From positions 1 to 52,100 of the forward strand of contig KZ538711.1 in assembly GCA_000934665.2 (NCBI GenBank): DNA of 52,100 nt, read 5' to 3'. A program made the position numbers and the translations under genes. Positions 44,277 to 52,100 of the stretch are shown here, one piece after another (the first letter of the stretch is position 1; every line of letters starts with the position of its first letter). The notes below the pieces were generated by a model. It saw nothing but the letters and a program-made list of their open reading frames with translations, did no database searches and was not told where the DNA came from. The DNA is from Catajapyx aquilonaris. Taxonomy: Eukaryota.

Positions 44277-45474
44277 AGCAATATTGGAGCGTTCCAGACA
44301 AGGCTATTATTATAGGGGGATTATTTTGCGTTAATGATATTAAATATTATCCACATGACGTGTTTTTGTACCGCTATTCTTTGTACTCTGTACCATACTT
44401 CAGGTGGTGAAATGATCATGATTCGCACCAAATATTCAAGTACATGACTGGGTAAAATATATTAGTTCATCACTCGCATGGCCGGGTATGGCCCACGTGA
44501 ATAGGGCATCAGGTGCGACCTGTCGTAATGTACAAATATATTTCAAAAATTCAAATTTTCTCTCTCTTTAGAACAGAGTTGAAGCCAGGGCTGGTGGCAC
44601 GGTGAGAGAGGGCCGGAAAGTACGTGAGAGAAATTCTATGAAACAATTTCATTTTCACCTTTTCATGCAAAATTGAAGTTCTATGAGTTGGGGAACACCG
44701 TAGCACTGCGCGTTCCCCCAGAAAAAAAGCCTTGCTTGTAGGGGAAAGACTGAAAAAACAACAACAATAATTTGCACTTATGTAGTTCGAAAGTTTCGAA
44801 TCAGCTCCTGAAGAAAATCGTGGGTGCGCCACTGGAGTGAGGAGGAGTGGGGGAATCACTTGCGTGTACCGCCGTGTACTGTACATCAATGAATTGTACA
44901 CACTATGCAGTAACAAGTGGGGAGCGTTGAAAATAATGATAATGTGTTGAAGTAATTTACGGACAACTGGAGGATAGCACGGATAGCATGATATCCTTTA
45001 ACTGTTACTTTTAAGGAAGAACTGCTAAGACAGTAACAGCGTTGCTATTTCGCCACACCACCAGCGCCATACGACGGCTAATGAAAAGAATTACAGTATT
45101 ACACATTTTACACTAGAGTAAGAGTAGTAGAGTTGAGAAGCGGACAAGGATAGCGGAGTAGCCGACCCTTGCTGTTCACACTTCAATTCTTGGGCGGCCC
45201 CGGGGCAGACCCGGCTCTTTCAGATGGCCCCACGTCGGCCCACGGTATGTACGCCAGCAGGGGCTGTTACAAAACTCCTCACTATCCGTCAAGGGGATGG
45301 CCAATGGTCCCTTTGCCTCATCACAGCACGTGACAGACAATTCCATGTGTTCTAAATTACTAAGGCCTTTCTGTTCCAACTTCCAAGATTAGAACTGAAG
45401 TTGTGGTGCGAGTTGGGCCTTTGCGCTGGTAATAATTTAACTGGTAAATGTGCAGAGGAACTGATAAATGAATA

Positions 45475-45527
<53 letters not shown>
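45475..45527. repeat. (ATT)n microsatellite, possibly a retroposon tail
   Basis: Read directly. Confidence 0.9.
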
Positions 45528-45528
<1 letters not shown>

Positions 45529-46637
45529 ATACATGTGTTACTAGGACAAATAACTACCCATGGTATTAAGAGGAAACCCTTGACTACTTTAGGGGAACAC
45601 ACAGTCCTGAACGTGAATTCTGTTGTACTCCTAGCGACATTTTCCGACGCGGCGGAAGTGCAAATGGAAGTGACAGAGTGAGTCGTGCAAGTAGGAAATG
45701 GTAGTCCCCTAGGTTGATGTCACCGGCTGGGGGAAAGCGATGGAATTAATGTCCAGCACTAGCTGGAAATGGTATCGTTATTTTTGGGACTAGTGCAAGT
45801 AGGCTTACACTGATCATAGCCATTTAAGAAAAGGTACCCTTCCAGGATGGAATTTCAGTTGCCCCTGATAATTTTGATTGGAAGTTATCCTTATTATTAC
45901 AAGGTGAGAAAGTGGAAGTAAGTGCAGTGCACACTGGGCCCCTTTTTGTGGCGGATGTGCTCCACAGCTACTGGGCACTTTTGGAAATACTGTACAAGGA
46001 TTAAATGAGAACATTCACATGTAGCCACAGCAGTGGCGAGGGAAGGTGTCTGTGGCCCCGGAGTGGCTTGGGAGTTGTTCGACCTGGCGACTGAGTGGCA
46101 GGCTGGAGTGTCTGTGGTGGACTTGGTGCTCCCAGGCCACAGGCCACTAAGTAGCTGACGATTGCTTTTCATTGGTGCATGCATGTGGAGCCACAGGCCA
46201 CTGACGCCCAACAGTGGCTGTAGCGAGTGTCTGCCCCATTGCAGTGGTGCACTCGAGCAATTGCAAATGGAGGACCTGAGCGACTGCAGTGGCCCCATGT
46301 GCAATGGCCCTAAGGTATTAAATATGTTCTCTGCATAGCGAAAACCTGGATTTGAATGTTGTAAAAAAAATATTTTGCATTTGAAATGGCCACAGAAGTT
46401 GATCCCTGCTAGATGTTTTGATCTTAATTTTTATGACAGATGTTTTGTACTCACAAGGGAAGGTCACGGGGTGATAATGACGGATCTTGATGAAATTTAA
46501 CATGCTAATGCAGGACAATATATGATACCCAAAAATGAAATATTTTGTGCGGAACCCCATATTTGCAAAAGTTATGACTTAAAGTTCCAAAAATAATACA
46601 TTTTCATACTCCGTGGGATTACGTTAGCGACCACATA

Positions 46638-47575
46638 CGAGGGTCGTTCGGAAAAGATCCGCACTCGATTTATAGTCGCGGCATACGTGGCTGCAAGAAG
46701 TTGGCATTTGCCTCAACAGGGGGGGGACCACTAGTACCCTACACTCTGTAAAAAGTTTGTCATATTCACCGCATCAGGTCAGCAACAGTGCCACTTGAAA
46801 CGCGGTAGGGTGTAGACTGGCGTGGACAAGATGGACGGTGACTATATCACGGCCAACGGTGGACAGCCTGGTTCTTGTGGAAAGAAGGTGCGACAGCAGC
46901 GGACATTCACCGCCGTCTTGTGGCTATGTGTGGATAAGTGCTGGCTCCAGGCCACAGAACAGTTACGACTGGATCCAGGCATTCAAAGCAAGCCATGCCA
47001 CATTGGGAAAAGGGGTTAGTGCAGGCAGACCGTCGACTTCTCGGACAGCTGTCGTGGTGGGGAAGGTTAACGACTTGATCTTGGAAAATCGTTGAATCAC
47101 ATTCGATGAACTGGAACTTGACACTGCATGTCATCATTCATGATGATCTTGCTTTTAAAAAAAAGTGTGCGCGCATTGGGTTACGCGTGATCTCACCCCG
47201 CAACAGAAAGAGGTTCGAGTCCAGAGGTGCCGAGAGTTACTGGAAGCTCGAGCTCGGTTACACTGTGTTGTCACACCCACCCTATTCCCCGTACCTGGCA
47301 CCTTCTGACTATGGACTTTTCGACGTGATGAAAGAACCCCTCCGTGGACGAAGATTTGCCTATGCAGCTGAGCTCCAAGGAGTTGTCCATGACTGGGTGG
47401 TGAGGGCACCAAAAGAATGGTTCCGAGAGACGACCATGAAGTTGCCAGGAAGGTGGCAGCGGTGCATCGACCTCGGGGGAGAATACATTGAGGCAGCCCA
47501 AGTGTGATTCAGCCTCTGCTAGAACATGTAGTGGCCAAAAAAATTCCAGTGCGGATCATTTCCGAACGACCCTTA
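46638..47575 (+). mobile_element. Internally deleted, defective mariner transposon
   Basis: TIR AGGGTCGTTCGGAAA(A/T)GATCCGCACT, TA flanks; GRPSTS linker, HPPYSPYLAPSDYGLF and RWQRCIDLGGEYIE. Central catalytic region missing; stops and frameshifts. Confidence 0.93.
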
Positions 47576-48294
47576 TAATGACATTGAAGTGTGTAATCAG
47601 TTTCTAGACCTTTTCTCATCGGAAAAAAGTCATACAGAACGGCTCTGGCCGTCCGTCCGTCTGTGGACAGGTATCAAGGCCTAAACCGTAAGAGATAGCG
47701 ACAACGGTTTTCATATTCGGAGTGAGCGTGAAGTAATGCATCCGGGTCCGCCATTTTATGCATTCCTTTTCAAATTTTTATTGGACCAGATTATGGACCA
47801 ATGCGAAAAATAAGGTCAGGAGTGAGTTCACAACATTTGCATGAAGGGGAACTCATGGAAAAGGGTCATGAAAACCTTATCTGACGCAGAATATGACCAG
47901 GGGTCCTCCAAGGCAACAAGAAAAATAAACGCAAAACAGATAGGATGTTTAGATGAGTCACAGAGGCGAAGTTGTTAATGGAATTGCGAGAGCGAAGGCG
48001 CTCAGATGTTCTCAAGATTATTCTTCAAAAGATAGTGTACATTAGAACTGCTTGTGGACTTTTAAAAGATGTGAAAAGACGCTGTGAAAAGTAGGGTTAA
48101 AAAACCTGGGGGGGTCCGAAACTTTCCGTCCACCCTGTACTTAGTAAACTTATGAATGATGATGTCGACAGGGAAATATAGGCATATTTTTTACTTTCCT
48201 TGTCTGAGAGTAGTGTTGAAATCTGGTGTCCTCTCGGGGGAATGCAAGAGGCAAATGCACCCACATTTGGACAAGTAAAGTAGGATAGGAAAGT

Positions 48295-49055
48295 CTATCG
48301 TTTATCCGCACCTAGCCACGCGGTGCTCCAAACATGTTGGCTACGCGTCGCAAACAACCGGTTGCCGGGAGAGCATAACAAAGGGCGTCTTCTTACCCCT
48401 GCCACGCGAACCGTTCAGACGAGTGCTAGGACCACAGTATTAATGAAGGAGGTGGGAAATATGAAAGCCATGATGGTTGCTGCAGTCCGTTAACCCAAAG
48501 AACGATATGATGTCACACCAGACGTGTTTTCTGAGCGTGTGCAGTAGTATGCCTGCAGAGTGAGTCGTGGGCATGATAGGAGGGGAGAGCCTGGTGGTGG
48601 CGGGCGGAACTTGGCGTCATGTAGTTCGTTGGTTTAACGGACTGTGTGAAGGTGTACTTCGCAAAGCCACAATAACGTTCGTTGGCCTGCGGCGCCACAA
48701 GACGGACAGTAAATGTTGCGGATACAGAAACCCACAATAAGCGCTCAGCTCCGCTATCGCTCCGCAAAAACTAGAAATATCACACACGGGCGACGTACCG
48801 TGCCTGGCAGGGCCACAACAATATACAGTAGTACTGTTGCGGTAACAAAAAGCCATACAGCAACACCAAGACAAATGGCTATTTCATCCACTTAATCACC
48901 TCGAAATCCCGAATTGAATCCCTGAAAGCCCGAAAAGAAGAATAAAGCACAGTTCCATGTAACCATGCAGCAGTATCAATAGGCACCCGATTGTTTGCGA
49001 CACAATGTTGCCAACTGTCGGGAGGCCTTGTTGTTAACGTGCGGATAAACAATAG
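48295..49055. mobile_element. MITE with diverged ~70-bp inverted ends
   Basis: CTAT(C/T)GTTTATCCGCAC at both ends; mirrored TCGCAAACAA. Confidence 0.6.
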
Positions 49056-50214
49056 TTTATCCGTAAAGTATGTGTGTGGATTTTGTATACTTTGTTGAAC
49101 TGTATTTTAATGAATCCATACAATTAAAATGAGATGACATGGCAATTGGTTAACTTGGCAACCGTTGCAACAATCCTTGATTGTTGTTGATTGTTACTCA
49201 ATCACAACCCATTCTTTGCACAGCCTGTTTCCATGGTAATGCAATCGACAACAATCAATCATTGGTGATATTATGAAACTATGGATATCGCTGAATGTCA
49301 CTGTTGCCATGTGTAATCAACAACTGTTTTAGCCATACTAGGTTACATTTTCCTAGCATCCCATAATTATAGGGAACTGCCATTTTCTCGCAAACAAGCA
49401 TTCAGAAAAATGTGTTATCTCAATTTTTCTGTTTTGGGAACTACAGTAATATGAACTAATAGAAACAAAAAAAGTTCAAAAATTCAACAAAAACTTTTCC
49501 CAGCATAACTGGGTTAAGTAGTTACTATAACCAATTAACCTTCCAAGTCTTTGTAAATCCGTCTCCTTACAGTGATCCGTGTAGGCTTCGACAAACTGAC
49601 AAGAGTCTTTTATAATTGATATTAAGGAGGTTGGCCAGGCATTACCTTTCAACCTCCAAGACAGACAAGACTGACAAGAGTCTGTCCTATTTGAACCCGT
49701 CCCCACCGCCTCGTTGAATCAGGACATTCACCTGGGCTGCCCAGTTCAAACCGTTACCAATCTCAATCCCACCCCTGGAGAGAGCTGGTCATTGCTCTAC
49801 AAACAAGCGTTTCTTCCGAGAGGTTCAACAGTTTGTCCACAAAAAGAACTTGCCTAAAAAGCTTAACTCCTGGCTTCGGGCTTTCAATAAAGAATGAGAG
49901 TGATTTTTTAAATAGGCAAGTACAAGAAGTACTATCATGATATTGTGACAGAATTGTACTGCCCGCCTTGCTCTTCCCCGCCGGGAGAGGCACCACTTGC
50001 CGGCGGCGGGGAGGGGGGAGGCGGGGAGAGGGGGGAAGAGAGTCGTCGAGTGTGAGCAGCCGAGTAGGGTGGACGCATAGTGGGTCGTCTCCCTGGTGAG
50101 TTGCAATGAGTGCTGTACTCCTACCTGATCGGGCATTAAAGCAAAGCGTAACGAGGCAGTCTGTGTTCTGATTATGTAATCGGCATACAAGGTAACCTTT
50201 GACCTCTGAGGTCA

Positions 50215-50531
50215 CAAGTGGCGCCTAGCGTGGGGCGGCAGGACCGCATNGTTTTATAAAGCAATTAGAAATATGGCAGTAGAGCACCTTTTTCAGTGCA
50301 ACCCGCCAGGCTAAAAAGCTGTTCAACCAGGTTCAACCCACTACTGCGCCTGTCAGTCCACGCCAGTCAATTCGAACAGAAGGGATGTGACGTCACGCCG
50401 TACAGCCATAATAAATAAATAGATTACTGCTGTATTTCTAATTGTTTTATCAAACTGACCGGTTGTCGCCACCTACGATTTTTTCCCACCCGCTCGCGCG
50501 CGCTTGACCCGTGACTCTGAAACACCCTGTA
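50215..50531. mobile_element. Tc1/mariner-type MITE fragment with internal inverted repeat
   Basis: AAAGCAATTAGAAATA / TATTTCTAATTGTTTT mirrored; ends TGAAACACCCTGTA. Confidence 0.5.
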
Positions 50532-50840
50532 GGAATGTGCAATTAGTTTTTGGCTCCGTTGCGTAGTTAATGCGTACGGCGGCCTTAAAGTGTACAGGGC
50601 CGGATGGTGGAATATGCGGCGAAAACGACAAAGTGCGGGGGTGTCATACCCGGATTCTTACTCTGACAGGAGCCTTTTGCACATGGACGATGTGTTAGGG
50701 GACCAAGGCAAGGGACCGGAGGCCCTCAAACTGCCTTTTGCTTCTTAGAAGCTGGCGGAATGGATGTGACGTCACGAAACTTTGACGGCGCCAAACGCAT
50801 TAACTACGCAACAGAGCCCAAAACAAATTGCACATCCCTA
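50530..50840. mobile_element. hAT-like MITE
   Basis: ~46-bp TIR TAGG(G/A)ATGTGCAATT.GTTTT.GGCTC.GTTGCGTAGTTAATGCGT; TSD not visible. Confidence 0.7.
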
Positions 50841-50853
50841 TATTACGTAGTTT

Positions 50854-51645
50854 TACGAGTACTATCAGTGTACCTGGCGATTGTCCGTGAGTTTCCCTTC
50901 ACCCTGTATATTTAAGTACTCCTGTCAAAGATGAATGTGCATGCTTATGCGCAGAAGTCTACTGGGTACCATGTGGATGTGGTGGCAGCACAATCACCAC
51001 CTCCCTTGAAATCGCCTCCTGAGTCATGGAGTTGACACATACAGTACGCCGCGCTGAAATTCTGCTTTCACGTCAAGACGACAACCAGTTACTCCAACTC
51101 CACACTGACTTAGGTGTATGGAGATGTACTGCATGACAATGGTTTAAGATGTTGAAAGAGCGTCCCGAATCCACCTGCAAACAGGGTGCTTCAGGAGCTC
51201 CTGCTACAGCCGATACATGCCTCATGTCATGCGCAGTTGGTCATGCATAATTGTGTGCACACCACCCACAGATACTTGTAACAAATCAGATCGGATTGTC
51301 AACTTTACACGCATGATGACTGAGACCATGCTGATGGCCACCTCCGTCACAGCTCTGGCAGGAGTGCTCCCTGTTTACAGGTGGATTTGGGCACCACCTT
51401 GAACATATCTTCTCCATACGCCAATGTCAGCATGGAGTAGGACTCACTGGCCGTCTTTCTGAAGCAAAAGCTGAATGTCGGCACAGGGTATTGCTTTTCA
51501 GGTGTCGACTCGGGAGGCGGTGTCAGGGGGGTACGCGATGGTGCTGCCACCACACCCACATGGTGCGCAGTAGACTTTTGCACATAAGCATGCACATTCG
51601 TCTTCGACAGGAGAATTGGACATATCTTATCATGATAGTCCTTAA
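50854..51645. mobile_element. Fold-back element made of two mariner 5' ends
   Basis: Arms 50918-51210 and 51350-51613 are inverted homologs; both translate to mariner transposase N-terminus-like peptides. Confidence 0.7.
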
Positions 51646-52100
51646 CCCTTTGACGGCGGGGTTTTCTGTCCTGTTTTTTTCATTTCTTGACCAAATTTTG
51701 TAGTAGGAGTGATATTAATGAAAAACAATGCCGAGTATGTTCCAATCCCCCTCAAAAACGCACTCGTAAAAAACGCGCCAAGTCGTCTGCCGAAAAAACC
51801 TGTGAGATAGTGTCTGGGAGCCAAGCCTTGTCCACTCCGCTGTACTAAGTAAGTCGTGAGATCGTAGTGGGCGCCAAGCCTTTCTTCGAGGCTATAAGCT
51901 AAGTGAGAGAATCATCTTCAGGACCAATTATTTTTTATGTTTGCTTTTTTTCCGTCTCGCATTACCCTTACCATGTACTATATACGACAGATAGTTTCAT
52001 ACACCCCGCAAACGAGCTTTATCCTGGCTATCCTAAGCAACCCACACGGCATGATAACAGAAGCGAGTCAGCGGCAACAGGGCTTGGGGGGTGTTGCCCG
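51646..52100. mobile_element. Possible left end of a piggyBac-like element (runs off window)
   Basis: TTAA-CCCTTTGACG start, similar to the 34067 element; other end not visible. Confidence 0.35.

Noticed and set aside
1..52100. Hammerhead ribozymes at CTGANGA sites
   Set aside because: None of the sites inspected had a stem II followed by GAAA with closing stems; an Infernal search would be needed to exclude them fully.

Overview
Eukaryotic genomic DNA with GT-AG introns, probably arthropod or insect (inferred from TE and SINE types). It is TE-dense and has one N-gap (40827-41064). The one securely identified gene is an intact 8-exon EXD3/mut-7/Nibbler 3'-5' exonuclease (28929-37130, +, ~890 aa). 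Two spliced genes could not be named: a ~250-aa protein with duplicated RxLxF motifs and a winged-helix/LOTUS-like C-terminus (8220-10246), and a ~560-aa helical protein (~18824-23044). There is also an HMG20A/B-like pseudogene (~12.1-13.5 kb) and two diverged, decayed, inverted copies of an unknown coding locus (~0.1-2.2 kb and ~14.2-16 kb). Mobile DNA includes an RNase H-bearing non-LTR remnant, a 5'-truncated LINE with TSD, a deleted mariner, a Helitron helicase fragment, several tRNA-derived SINE families and many MITE or fold-back elements, often nested. The best leads are modular SINEs sharing a covarying 3' stem-loop and swapping tails, a hairpin built from mariner transposase 5' ends, fold-back elements flanking EXD3 exon 3, and the unnamed genes. 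No CRISPR array, rRNA or true tRNA gene was seen. All family assignments come from motif recognition by eye; no database search was run.
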